A stretch of DNA of 64,000 nucleotides from a bacterium (lineage in GTDB: Bacteria > Bacillota > Clostridia > Lachnospirales > Lachnospiraceae). The stretch's first letter is position 1, and each line of letters opens with the position of its first letter. Where the stretch lies: NCBI GenBank assembly GCA_963595255.1, contig CAVBHX010000003.1, positions 20,944 through 84,943 on the forward strand, in the 5' to 3' direction. The notes beneath the pieces are model-generated. The model made no database searches. It was not told the DNA's origin and was given only the letters and a program-made list of their open reading frames with translations. Of the stretch, positions 47,262 through 57,223 are shown in pieces. The position numbers and the translations under genes were made by a program.

Positions 47262-48449
47262 ATGACCAAAGACCGTTTTAAGAAAAAAATGTTTGTCGTC
47301 GCATTGTTATTTACTACCTTAACAATGATGGCTGAAACACCATTAACTCCGGCATCTGACATACTGTATAAGACCTTCAGTAATACTGCCGCAGTTGATC
47401 TTCTATTATCAATTCCGACATTAATTGCCATGTTTTCTTCTATCATATTTGGCTTTTTAATGTTAAAAATAAATAAGAAATACATTCTGACTTTAGGTGT
47501 CATATGTTACTGCGTCGGCGGCATCTGCGGTCACCTGATCGATTCGCTGGCATTTATGATCGGTATGCGTGCCATTATCGGTATTGGTCTCGGTGCATGT
47601 AACGTATCTGCGATCGCCATCGCCTCCGACCAGTCAGAGACAGAAGAAGAACGGCAGAAGCTGACTTCCTATATCACAGCCGGAATCTCAATCTCTGCTA
47701 TGCTGCTTACTTTTTTAGCAGGACAGCTTACGAATACTTTTGGCTGGCAGTCTGTCTTTACCTTATACTGGTCAGGCATTCCTATGCTGATCCTGGTTAT
47801 ATTATTCGTACCCCGTACAGCCCCTTCCCTTTCCATTTCTGAGGATGCATCTGAAACGGATTCATCCTCGGAAATTAAGAAGATTAGAATATTACCATTT
47901 TCCCTGCAGATGCTTCTGGAATTTTTCTGGTTTCTGACATACGGTGTGGTATTTTTCCAGATCTCTGTATATCTTTCTGATTGCAATATCGGAAATGCGG
48001 CACTGGCAGGCTCGATGTCATCCTTAACTAATTTTGTAGCCTTCTTCTCGAGTCTTGCATTTCCTCATTTCTACAGGAAATACAAATATACAGGCTCCTT
48101 TATACATTATCTTGCACTCTGTGTCGGATACATTATTTTATGGCTTTTCAGAACACCTGCAACGGTTGTTATCGCCTGTGTTCTTCTGGGATATGGATTT
48201 GGTTACTCGCTGAGCTTTTTCTCCATACACCTTGGACAGCTCGTACCTCGTTCCAAATCATCCATCGCAGCAACTGCCTATTCTGCGATCATGGGAATCG
48301 GAATGTTCATGTCAACCTTTACAGTATCAGCTTTGAAGCGCCTGTTGCATACAGATTCTATAACGGATCTGCTGCCTTATATTATTCTTGCTGCTTTTAT
48401 CGGAACCGTATGTTCCCTTGCAGTTAAGATTCTGGAAGAGAAAAAATAA
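47262..48449 (+). CDS. MFS transporter
   Basis: 395 aa from the ATG at 47262 (AAGGAG RBS), with 12 TM helices. Confidence 0.8.
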   Translation: MTKDRFKKKMFVVALLFTTLTMMAETPLTPASDILYKTFSNTAAVDLLLSIPTLIAMFSSIIFGFLMLKINKKYILTLGVICYCVGGICGHLIDSLAFMIGMRAIIGIGLGACNVSAIAIASDQSETEEERQKLTSYITAGISISAMLLTFLAGQLTNTFGWQSVFTLYWSGIPMLILVILFVPRTAPSLSISEDASETDSSSEIKKIRILPFSLQMLLEFFWFLTYGVVFFQISVYLSDCNIGNAALAGSMSSLTNFVAFFSSLAFPHFYRKYKYTGSFIHYLALCVGYIILWLFRTPATVVIACVLLGYGFGYSLSFFSIHLGQLVPRSKSSIAATAYSAIMGIGMFMSTFTVSALKRLLHTDSITDLLPYIILAAFIGTVCSLAVKILEEKK

Positions 48450-48555
48450 TACTTTATTTAATGAAAACCGGATGTGTAAGTACTGACTCCACATCCGGTT
48501 TTATAATTTCTACAGAGAACTTGCTACTGGCAGATTCTCTCGTCTTTATTCTCTA

Positions 48556-51003
48556 TTATCCAATATACGTATTACCGCTTCCTGACGTCATCTGATCCAT
48601 CTCTTCATACTTCACGCTGTGTCTTGTACTGTCATTCAGATCTTCATACACAACATTCGTATCGCTGTATTCCACCAGAATGACGGCATTCTGCGAATCC
48701 AGCATTGCGATGACCGGACGGCCCTGGTTGATGATGTACAGAATCTCTTCCGTCGTACATCCTGTCAGGTCGTAAGCCTCGCCGTTATTGACATCTTTTA
48801 AGATATCAATCGGTTTTTCCTGATTCTTCAGGCGGTCTTTGATTGTATTTAACACATCATCTTTATCAGTGATCGAATACTGCAGGTTGCGGTTACCGCG
48901 CTCCCATACATAATTCTGGGATGAATCGACTACTACACCATTGTAATCATTTGCTTTCTTGATCGCATCTCCGGCCTTTGTATATACGCCCTGTATATCA
49001 CCATGTCCATAGACATAATATTTCTCCGGTGCGTCTTTATCTGAAAATGTGATTGTCTGTGGTCTTTCGAACAGAATCTGTTTTGGCTTGAGCACTTTTG
49101 GTTCTTTGTCTGTGATTCCGTCGTTATACGTCAGTCTTACCTGTGTCTGTTTCAGATCTGTTGCATAAGTTTCCAGTGCGATATTGCTCTTGGTCTTCTG
49201 TTCATTATTCGTAATATAATCCGGTGCTGTTGCTGTATAAGTATCTCCGTCTTTCGATGCACGTTCCAGCGTGATCATATCTTCATCGAATGATGCACTC
49301 AGAATATAAATGCCGTCTGTCTGATATTTTTTGATCACTTTTCCTTTTTGATTCCGGATCTCCAGTTTGTACATTGGAACGGTTGCCTCTCCGGATACGG
49401 TATTTCCTATATCCTCTGTCTTGGCAACTCCATATACAAAATCACTTCTGACAAATCCAAGTGGGCGGATGCATTCTCCTTTTCCGCAGGTTACTTTCTG
49501 CTTCTTTCCTGTCTCTACATTCAGGATCGTCACTTTTGTTGCGGTCTCAAGATCTCCGTTTGCCTGATATGCGATCAGACTTCCGTCTTCCGACACAACA
49601 TACTGCTGTGCATCCAGTCCTTTGACCAGTGCTTTCTTCTCGGCATCTTCGACGCTATACTGATAAAGGGTGCCGTCTACCATTGTGTACAGCATATCCG
49701 TTTTCGCATCGTAATATGACATCTCTCCGAGTTCACTTTCTGCCTGTGCATATGATTTATTTGTGGAAATAAATACTTTCTCTTCCACTGAATTCTTCTC
49801 TATATCATAATAATAGACAGCTACTCCCACTTCTCCTTCGTGCTCGCCGCGGTCCATATAACCGGACACCAGGAAGGTTGTATTGCCTTTGGCATCTACC
49901 TTAAGAAGCTTGATCTTATGATCTGACACCATATTTCTCACATCTGTATTCTCCGCATCTGCGAAACCAAATACCAGTGAAATCTCGTCTGAATCTTTGT
50001 TATAATTCCAGAGTTCATTTGCCTCTACAAATGATACGATCGTGCCATCTTTATTCACCTTATAAGACAGATTTGCAGGCGCGATGCCGAGGATGATTCC
50101 TTTCTCATTCAGAACCTTCTGTGTCGCGTCGAAGATCTGCTCCATTGTCCGATCGTAATCCAGAAGATAGGTTTTCTTGGCATCTGCAATATATCTTACG
50201 CGGAAAAACTCTTTGACCGCATAGCGGTCTGCCTCATTCTCTTCTCCTTTGCAGCTTACCCGGTATTGCAGCTGTACCGACATACAGGTACTGTTCAGTT
50301 CCTTGATGCTCCAGCGCTCTCCCTGTTCTACCTGTGGTTTCAGACTGCCCCATGTGACCTGTTCATAATTCGAATTGATCGTCACGTGCTGAAGTGTGGT
50401 GTTGTCCGCATCATCGGTCGGTTCAAGCGCTGCTCCGACGCCTGCATTTTCCACCTTGCCAAGTGCATTTTCATGATAATCGCTGATATAATTCAGGCAT
50501 TCTGTAACATGTGCATCTTCATCACTGACGATACGGGTATAGAAATATACCGGATCCGCACCATTTCTGTTCAGGCGGACTTCCAGGATCCGCTCTTCAT
50601 CCAGTACTTTTTTCCCGCTCAGATCCAGGGTAAATCCTTTTCCCACCTTTTTAATCTTCTTATGTTCCAGCTCACTTGTACCGTCCATCGTATAGACTTT
50701 GTAGCTGGCTCCCGTGAATTTATTCCCATATGCTTCTACGTTTACATCCAGGCTCTGGTTCGCTACCGGTGTGATCGTGTTGTGCATAGAGGATATATCC
50801 ATGCGTTTTGCATAACCTGTCAGTGTATTGATCTTATATTCTCCATAAGAAAATGATATCTGTGGAAATGTTGCGGCTCCCATATCGGCCGTCATATTGT
50901 CATTCCCCTTATTTGTCACGTAGCTGAATATAATGACAGCCACGATAAATACTGCAGTCAGGATTCCTGCATTCTTTAACCTTTTTTTTAAAGTCAATGT
51001 CAT
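48556..51003 (-). CDS. large membrane-anchored extracytoplasmic protein of unknown function
   Basis: 815 aa. Single N-terminal TM helix (ILTAVFIVAVIIFSYV), a beta-rich middle and a C-terminal roughly 120 aa module with a Cys-helix motif (YDLTGCTTEEILYIINQGRPVIAML). The ATG abuts the methyltransferase stop (TAAATG). Confidence 0.6.
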   Translation of the reverse strand: MTLTLKKRLKNAGILTAVFIVAVIIFSYVTNKGNDNMTADMGAATFPQISFSYGEYKINTLTGYAKRMDISSMHNTITPVANQSLDVNVEAYGNKFTGASYKVYTMDGTSELEHKKIKKVGKGFTLDLSGKKVLDEERILEVRLNRNGADPVYFYTRIVSDEDAHVTECLNYISDYHENALGKVENAGVGAALEPTDDADNTTLQHVTINSNYEQVTWGSLKPQVEQGERWSIKELNSTCMSVQLQYRVSCKGEENEADRYAVKEFFRVRYIADAKKTYLLDYDRTMEQIFDATQKVLNEKGIILGIAPANLSYKVNKDGTIVSFVEANELWNYNKDSDEISLVFGFADAENTDVRNMVSDHKIKLLKVDAKGNTTFLVSGYMDRGEHEGEVGVAVYYYDIEKNSVEEKVFISTNKSYAQAESELGEMSYYDAKTDMLYTMVDGTLYQYSVEDAEKKALVKGLDAQQYVVSEDGSLIAYQANGDLETATKVTILNVETGKKQKVTCGKGECIRPLGFVRSDFVYGVAKTEDIGNTVSGEATVPMYKLEIRNQKGKVIKKYQTDGIYILSASFDEDMITLERASKDGDTYTATAPDYITNNEQKTKSNIALETYATDLKQTQVRLTYNDGITDKEPKVLKPKQILFERPQTITFSDKDAPEKYYVYGHGDIQGVYTKAGDAIKKANDYNGVVVDSSQNYVWERGNRNLQYSITDKDDVLNTIKDRLKNQEKPIDILKDVNNGEAYDLTGCTTEEILYIINQGRPVIAMLDSQNAVILVEYSDTNVVYEDLNDSTRHSVKYEEMDQMTSGSGNTYIG

Positions 51004-52215
51004 TTATACTCCCTCTTTATCCTCTTTCTCCGGATGATCTTTCTTTGAATTTGCGGACTCCGTGTCGAACCCGTCCAACAGACGTCCCAGTGTCGGTGAT
51101 ACCCGGAGTGCTGCTTCACATCTCTTGATGGATGCCTCTATATTATTGTCTTCTTTGGCATGCCGCTTCTTTACTGCACGTATCAGGATATTCTTTGGTG
51201 TATGCTCCATATCTATAAATTCCAGTATCTGCGCTTCATACCCCTCACGCTCCAGATACTGTGCTCTTAAGCCATCTGTGATAAGTGCTGCCATACGTTC
51301 TTTCAGAAGCCCGTATTTTAATATTGGTTCTAATGTCTCATTTTTTATCTGACGGTTCAGTTCATGCTGGCAGCATGGTACCGATAAGATCACTTTCGCA
51401 TCCCATCCCACGGCTTTTGCCAGCGCATAATCGGTTGCGGTATCGCAGGCATGCAGGGTTACCACCATATCTACCTTATTGACACCGGTATAATCCGCAA
51501 TGTCACCCTCCAGAAATCTCAGCTTTTCATAGCCATATTTTTCACTTAATTCATTACAATGACGGATCACATCTTTCTTCAGATCCAGTCCTATGATTCT
51601 TATGTCATATTCTTTCAATTCATGCAGATAATAATACATGGCAAATGTGAGATAAGATTTACCACAGCCAAAATCCAGGATTGTAAGTTCTCTTCCCTTA
51701 TCAAGCTCCGGCAATATATCCTCGATAAATTCCAGGAACCGGTTGATCTGCCGGAATTTGTCGAATTTCGCATGCACGATCTTTCCATCCTGTGTCATAA
51801 CACCAAGATCCTGAAGAAATGGTACCGGGACTCCCTCTTCCAGTACATACTTCTTCTTGCGGTCGTGGCTCATATTGATCTGCTTCTTTTCGCCTTTTTT
51901 CATCTTGCTTTTTATTGTTACTTTTCCCTTTTTGCTTACAAGAATTGTATAAGCTGCTCTTTGTGTCTCCATCTGCATCTGGCGCATATTTTCCATATAC
52001 TTAAGAAGTATTTCACAAGCTTTTTTCTCCTCCACATTCTCGTGAAATGCCTGATTATTCCGGAATGACTCGAGCTGAAAATAAAGGACATCTTTTTTCA
52101 GGATCGGTCTTACTTTCACTTTTTGTACACCGTCTTTATTCTTCGGGTTACTCAGCGTTGCTGATATAAATTCTATATTTAAATTTTCCTGTAATAATTT
52201 GCTTAATTCATTCAT
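51004..52215 (-). CDS. class I SAM-dependent methyltransferase with an N-terminal domain of unknown function
   Basis: 403 aa. Motif I ILDFGCGKSYLT and post-I IGLDL. Confidence 0.8.
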   Translation of the reverse strand: MNELSKLLQENLNIEFISATLSNPKNKDGVQKVKVRPILKKDVLYFQLESFRNNQAFHENVEEKKACEILLKYMENMRQMQMETQRAAYTILVSKKGKVTIKSKMKKGEKKQINMSHDRKKKYVLEEGVPVPFLQDLGVMTQDGKIVHAKFDKFRQINRFLEFIEDILPELDKGRELTILDFGCGKSYLTFAMYYYLHELKEYDIRIIGLDLKKDVIRHCNELSEKYGYEKLRFLEGDIADYTGVNKVDMVVTLHACDTATDYALAKAVGWDAKVILSVPCCQHELNRQIKNETLEPILKYGLLKERMAALITDGLRAQYLEREGYEAQILEFIDMEHTPKNILIRAVKKRHAKEDNNIEASIKRCEAALRVSPTLGRLLDGFDTESANSKKDHPEKEDKEGV

Positions 52216-52358
52216 AATATTATATTCTACTGTTTTTTAGACAGGAGCGCAAGTAGCGTAAATGGCAATTTTATTAATGGTTCCGGAGGATTTGCGAAAA
52301 AGGGACAACGGTAAATACAGTTTGAGCCGGAGGATTTTTAAAAATCCTCCGGCCCAGA

Positions 52359-54965
52359 CTATGAAATCGGGAATTTTATCGTTACTTTAAACAAATCTCC
52401 ATCCAGATACAATTCAAATGTCCCGCCCTGCATTTCTGTCAGCGACTGTGCGATAGACAGTCCAAGTCCGCTGCCTTCCGTACTTCTTGATACATCTCCG
52501 CGTATGAAACGTTCCGTCAGTTCGTCAGCTGAGATATTTAACGGCTGCTCGGATACATTCTTAAGGCTGAAATATGCCATACCATCTTTCTTTTCAAGAT
52601 CAGCATAGACTCTTGTTCCTTGCATTGCGTATTTTGCCGCATTGTTGTATATATTAGACAGCACTCTCCACAACCGTCTTCCGTCTGCGCGGATTACAAC
52701 CTCCTCATTCGGAAGGTTCATCACTTCCTCCAGATCACGCGCCTTGAATTTTTCTTCAAACTCTCCGCTCGTCTGCTGGATCATTTCTACCAGATTCAGA
52801 TTCATGAACTCCAGTGTGATATTGCCGGAGCTTACTTTTGAAGCTTCCACCACATCTTCCGTCAGTGTCTTAAGCCGCTGTGATTTCTGTTCCAGAACTT
52901 CAATATAGCGCTGGATCTTCGGATCCTTAAGGTCCTCCTGCTTTAACAATTCCACATAATTAATGATAGATGTAAGCGGCGTCTTAATATCATGCGATAC
53001 ATTCGTGATAAGATCTGTCTTCAGACGTTCACTTTTCATGCTCTTTGCGAGCGCCGCTTCCAGACCTTCGCCGATGGAATTCACCTTTTCTGCAATTTCT
53101 TTATGCTCTGCCAGCAATCCATTTACCGGGATCTGATAATCCACTTCCCCGCCGGCGATCTTCTCGATCCCGGTCTTGATCTTTCCGGTTCCTTTCGCTT
53201 TCTGTACCATCCAGATAAATGCTGCAACATCTATGATCAACAGAATGACCGCCCATAACCGGTTGCTGATCCAGATACTACTTCCCGCTGATCCAAATAC
53301 GTATGACAGCCAGTGGATCATGAAGAAGATCGCAAATCCCATAATAGATTTCCACAGATGACGGATATTCTGGAACATTTCTTTTACGAAGATCAAAAGC
53401 CATCTGAGCACACTGTTCTTCCATACCGTTCCCGCCTTGATTCTTCTCACCAGACTCAAATATCCGAAAAGAAACATTGCGCAGGTATACAATGCCACCA
53501 CACTTCCAACCACTATTCCCGGCAGATACGACTCCACATTCTCCATATAGATCGTCTCTCCACTTGCATTCTGCCATGTAAATGCCCCGGCCTTTACTCC
53601 TACCAGCGCAACCACCGCCCAGAGTAACAGCACACTTGCAGCTGCCAGTTCTGTCTTAATGTGATCAAATTTCATAAGATGCACTTCTTCGTCTTCTTTA
53701 ACTTTTCCGGCTCCGATCGTAAGAAATACAAGAATGACAAGATATGCCGCTACAGCCGCCATTCCCAGTATTCCGGCCACTTTGGCTCCGGCCCCGTACC
53801 TTGTAAAGATCTCATCCTGTTCATAAAAATTATCTTTTACAGGATAATCCGTATCTACAACAGAGACATATATATAATCTGACGCATCGACATAACCGGC
53901 CACTGTCTCCTGCCACTCCTGTGCCATCGAATCCCCTTTACCGGCTTTTTCAATATTGCTTTCATAATCTGCAAGCTTTGGTCTTACGATTACATATTTT
54001 CCTGATTTTTTCATTTTTTTCAGGTTCTCTTTGTAATTGTCAAAGTTCTGATATTTTTTCTTATTCGTAATGACCGTCTTGTTGTCCAGATTAACATACA
54101 GATACGTTATGTTCGTATTGCCTTCCTGATACTGGTTCTGAGATACCGCATAATTATCAACGTCAGAATAGATCGTTTCGGCTGAATTATTTATCATTCT
54201 GTACGCTTCATTCAGCTTGCCATTCCATTCTTTTGAATTATTCACAAGCTGAAGTACCGTCTCTCCATTTACCGTCTTATAATCCCCGACAACTCTTTCA
54301 CCATCATAATTCCAGCAATTGATATAGACAATCTTTCCATCGATATCCTGAAGTCCCCGGAATCTGGATTCCCCACTGTTGCTCTCCTGATACTCTCCCT
54401 GCTTTAGTTCTGTCAGAATATCATCCGCAGAACTGTCTCCGGTAATTACAAATGACAGCTCTCCGTAATCGATCATCTGTTTAAAATCTTTGTAATGGAA
54501 ATAATGATAAGTTCCGTCTGAACGTTTACATACGATAATACAATCCTGTTTATCTAATTTGCTCCTTGCTGCATCATAATCCGTCATCGATTCCGAGATT
54601 AATTTTCCCCAGGAATACAGATCTCCCAGACGGAACGACAGGCCTGTTTCATCTTTTCCTGTTATCTCACCGGTATCTTCGTATTTTGCCACATCTACGA
54701 TCTTATCCGGATCATATTTGCCATCTGTATCATATAAGGTCTGATACCGGATCTCGTCCAGGATATTATAATTTGCATTCGCCACGGAATCGGCAAATGC
54801 ATTGCTTTCTTCATAAGTCTTCGCCGCATCCGCAGTGAACAGTTCCTGTGTCAGTATCGGATAACGTGTTGCCCACAGTAAACATAATACTCCGATAACG
54901 GCCAGTACGTGTGCCCCCACTGTCAAAAACAATTTTGCTTTGGGCATTCGGTACCATTTCTTCAT
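52359..54965 (-). CDS. sensor histidine kinase with a large extracytoplasmic domain
   Basis: 868 aa. N-terminal TM helix, roughly 370 aa extracellular region, multi-TM block, H-box SHDIKTPLTSI and G-box GSGLGLSIA. Confidence 0.88.
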   Translation of the reverse strand: MKKWYRMPKAKLFLTVGAHVLAVIGVLCLLWATRYPILTQELFTADAAKTYEESNAFADSVANANYNILDEIRYQTLYDTDGKYDPDKIVDVAKYEDTGEITGKDETGLSFRLGDLYSWGKLISESMTDYDAARSKLDKQDCIIVCKRSDGTYHYFHYKDFKQMIDYGELSFVITGDSSADDILTELKQGEYQESNSGESRFRGLQDIDGKIVYINCWNYDGERVVGDYKTVNGETVLQLVNNSKEWNGKLNEAYRMINNSAETIYSDVDNYAVSQNQYQEGNTNITYLYVNLDNKTVITNKKKYQNFDNYKENLKKMKKSGKYVIVRPKLADYESNIEKAGKGDSMAQEWQETVAGYVDASDYIYVSVVDTDYPVKDNFYEQDEIFTRYGAGAKVAGILGMAAVAAYLVILVFLTIGAGKVKEDEEVHLMKFDHIKTELAAASVLLLWAVVALVGVKAGAFTWQNASGETIYMENVESYLPGIVVGSVVALYTCAMFLFGYLSLVRRIKAGTVWKNSVLRWLLIFVKEMFQNIRHLWKSIMGFAIFFMIHWLSYVFGSAGSSIWISNRLWAVILLIIDVAAFIWMVQKAKGTGKIKTGIEKIAGGEVDYQIPVNGLLAEHKEIAEKVNSIGEGLEAALAKSMKSERLKTDLITNVSHDIKTPLTSIINYVELLKQEDLKDPKIQRYIEVLEQKSQRLKTLTEDVVEASKVSSGNITLEFMNLNLVEMIQQTSGEFEEKFKARDLEEVMNLPNEEVVIRADGRRLWRVLSNIYNNAAKYAMQGTRVYADLEKKDGMAYFSLKNVSEQPLNISADELTERFIRGDVSRSTEGSGLGLSIAQSLTEMQGGTFELYLDGDLFKVTIKFPIS

Positions 54966-54977
54966 ATATGCTCCTTC

Positions 54978-55673
54978 CTAAAGCTTTTCTATCTTATATC
55001 CGACACCCCAGACCACCTTCAGATACCTTGGTTCCTTTGGATTAATCTCGATCTTCTCTCTGATATGACGGATATGTACAGCTACCGTATTATCTACTCC
55101 GATAGCATCTTCATTCCAGATACTTTCGTATATCTGGTCAATAGAAAATACTTTCCCCTGATTTTTTACCAGTAACAATAAAATGTTGTATTCGATCGGT
55201 GTCAGTTTCACCGGCTCTCCGTCAACCGTAATTTCTTTCTGATCGTCATCGATCATAAGTCCTCCCACGGTATAAACTGCCTGATTCTCTTTTTCCACTG
55301 TACTTCCAAGCTGTGTATATCTGCGAAGCTGGGATTTTACCCTTGCAGTCAGTTCCAGTGGATTAAATGGCTTGGTCATATAATCATCGGCTCCTACGTT
55401 CAGTCCGAGGATCTTATCGGCATCCTCTGACTTTGCAGACAGAATAATGATCGGCATATTCTGTTTTTCCCGGATTTTTAACGTTGCGCGGATTCCATCC
55501 AATCTTGGCATCATCACATCAATGATCAGAAGATCCACTTTATGCTTATCCAAAAGCTTCAATGCTTCCTCACCGTCGTAAGCTTTTAATACTTTATATC
55601 CTTCCTGCGACAGATAGATTTCTATCGCCTCTACGATTTCTTTATCATCATCACATACCAGTATGTTGTACAT
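54978..55673 (-). CDS. OmpR-family response regulator
   Basis: 231 aa. Receiver domain (ILVCDDD, DVMMP) and winged helix (VWGVGYK). Confidence 0.92.
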   Translation of the reverse strand: MYNILVCDDDKEIVEAIEIYLSQEGYKVLKAYDGEEALKLLDKHKVDLLIIDVMMPRLDGIRATLKIREKQNMPIIILSAKSEDADKILGLNVGADDYMTKPFNPLELTARVKSQLRRYTQLGSTVEKENQAVYTVGGLMIDDDQKEITVDGEPVKLTPIEYNILLLLVKNQGKVFSIDQIYESIWNEDAIGVDNTVAVHIRHIREKIEINPKEPRYLKVVWGVGYKIEKL

Positions 55674-55959
55674 AATTCATCACCTCCCTTATAATATACA
55701 AGAATAACAGCCAATTTTTAAGTACTGCTTCTGTAATTTCTTAAGATATTATGAAATTATTCCTTTCCGCCCACTTTATCAGAGATATGCAGAGTGTTAA
55801 TATTTCGTCAAAAAATAATAAACTATATTTTTCTTAAGCAGATTTTTTATATAATAGATATGGATATCTTTTTAATATTGTTTCATACTGCAAACATTTC
55901 TTTTTTAACCGTTACATTTTAAATATTAAAAATTAACTTAGAAAGAAGATGAAAGTATT

Positions 55960-56319
55960 ATGCATGAACCAGAAATAGAATATCTTATCCGGTCTCTTGG
56001 CATTGGCGCTACTTATCGGGGATATGCATATTTAATTTATGGGACACGCCTTTGTCTGTCTGATGAAAATTACCTCCTTTTCGTCAGTAAGTATCTTTAT
56101 CCAGACATTGCACGTCATTATAATACTACCAGCTATAGCGTTGAGCGGAATATCCGCACCGTTATAAAGGTCTGTTGGGAGCATGGCAATAAATCCCTCC
56201 TCGAAAAGATTGCTTTGCGTCCACTGCATCTTAAGCCGACATCCAGTGAATTTTTTGATATAATAACTGCTCATTTGCGAAAAACTGCCATTTCTGCCTC
56301 TGATCTTGTTCCTGTTTAG
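55960..56319 (+). CDS. stand-alone Spo0A C-terminal (DNA-binding) domain protein
   Basis: 119 aa. GYAYLIYG...LYPDIARHYNTTSYSVERNIRTVI matches the Spo0A_C effector-domain pattern (..T..vERaIRhaI). No receiver domain is present. Confidence 0.75.
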   Translation: MHEPEIEYLIRSLGIGATYRGYAYLIYGTRLCLSDENYLLFVSKYLYPDIARHYNTTSYSVERNIRTVIKVCWEHGNKSLLEKIALRPLHLKPTSSEFFDIITAHLRKTAISASDLVPV

Positions 56320-56418
56320 ATTCTGTTTTTATATGCTTCATTTTTACTTAAGATTTTTTCGAATTCTTTTATGCTTTTAACATATTTTAGACATATTTTC
56401 CATTTATACTAAATGTCA

Positions 56419-56552
56419 GATAGTTGATGAACAACAACTATCACCCCCCTCATAAAGTAACACACCGAAATCACTCTTCGGTGTACACTTTACTCTCATT
56501 CCTTTAGTAATTATAACAACAACAAAAAACTCTCCGGAACGGAGAGTTTTTT
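56419..56552 (+). ncRNA. candidate small RNA, copy 1 of a duplicated structured element
   Basis: TATACT at 56405..56410 lies 8 nt upstream. The element reads hairpin GATAGTTG-ATGAACAA-CAACTATC, then ACCCCCCTCATAAAGTAA, then hairpin CACACCGAA..TTCGGTGT, then CACTTTAC. It is followed by the terminator CTCTCCG-GAA-CGGAGAG plus TTTTTT (56530..56552). Confidence 0.45.
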
Positions 56553-56605
56553 GTTGCGCTTTTTTAATAAAACAGATCACAAGCCACACTGTTTACATAT
56601 TCTTG

Positions 56606-56935
56606 TTAAAATACAACGACAAGCAGCATCTTAAACTGCTCTTTTCCGTGCACTGCATGCGGATGCTTTGCCGGCATAATAATTGATTCACCTTCATGTA
56701 ACTCATATTTTTCGCCGTCGATCGTAATCTCACCTACTCCGTCAAGACAGGTTACAAATGCATCCCCGCCTGATTCATGTGTACTGATCTCTTCTCCTTT
56801 GTCAAAAGAGAATAATGTAACACTCAATGCATCGTTCTGCGCCAGTGTTTTGCTGACTACCTGTCCTTCCTGGTAAGCTACCTGATCTTTTAATACTAAT
56901 ACTTCTGCTTTACTGATATTTTTGATCATACTCAT
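56606..56935 (-). CDS. cupin domain protein
   Basis: 109 aa. Cupin motifs (ISTHESGGDAF...GE...MPAKHPHAV). Confidence 0.85.
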   Translation of the reverse strand: MSMIKNISKAEVLVLKDQVAYQEGQVVSKTLAQNDALSVTLFSFDKGEEISTHESGGDAFVTCLDGVGEITIDGEKYELHEGESIIMPAKHPHAVHGKEQFKMLLVVVF

Positions 56936-57107
56936 ATCTATTAGTCCTTTCTTTTATCCTATTTGTTATTGTATTCCTCAATAACATTTTTCCCTTGTCT
57001 CTTACTATAATACTTTTTTTCGTTCTAAAATGTGGTTTTAACAACAAATATCACATTTTTATAAAATGAACATACTTTGTACACATTTTTTGATTATAAT
57101 AGGAAAA

Positions 57108-57223
57108 GATAGTTGGATAACAACTATCGCCCCCCTCATAAAGTAAAGGCCGCCAGAAGGTCACTTCTGGCGGTCCACTTTACCGGTAATTTCTGCGGAT
57201 GCTTTTACGGCTCCGCTTTTTTT
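57108..57223 (+). ncRNA. candidate small RNA, copy 2 of a duplicated structured element
   Basis: TATAAT at 57095..57100 lies 7 nt upstream. The element reads hairpin GATAGTTG-GATAA-CAACTATC, then GCCCCCCTCATAAAGTAA, then hairpin GCCGCCAGAAG..CTTCTGGCGG, then CACTTTAC. A weaker hairpin GCGGA..TCCGC plus TTTTTTT (57195..57223) overlaps the 3' end of the convergent gene. Confidence 0.4.

Noticed and set aside
56419-56442. GATAGTTG-N-CAACTATC as a dsDNA operator for the neighbouring GntR/YtrA regulator.
   Set aside because: The spacer between the half-sites differs between the two copies (8 versus 5 nt), which fits a hairpin rather than a dimeric protein site. The GntR operon's own upstream region carries a different palindrome (TTGTATTAT..ATTATACAA near 59036..59060).
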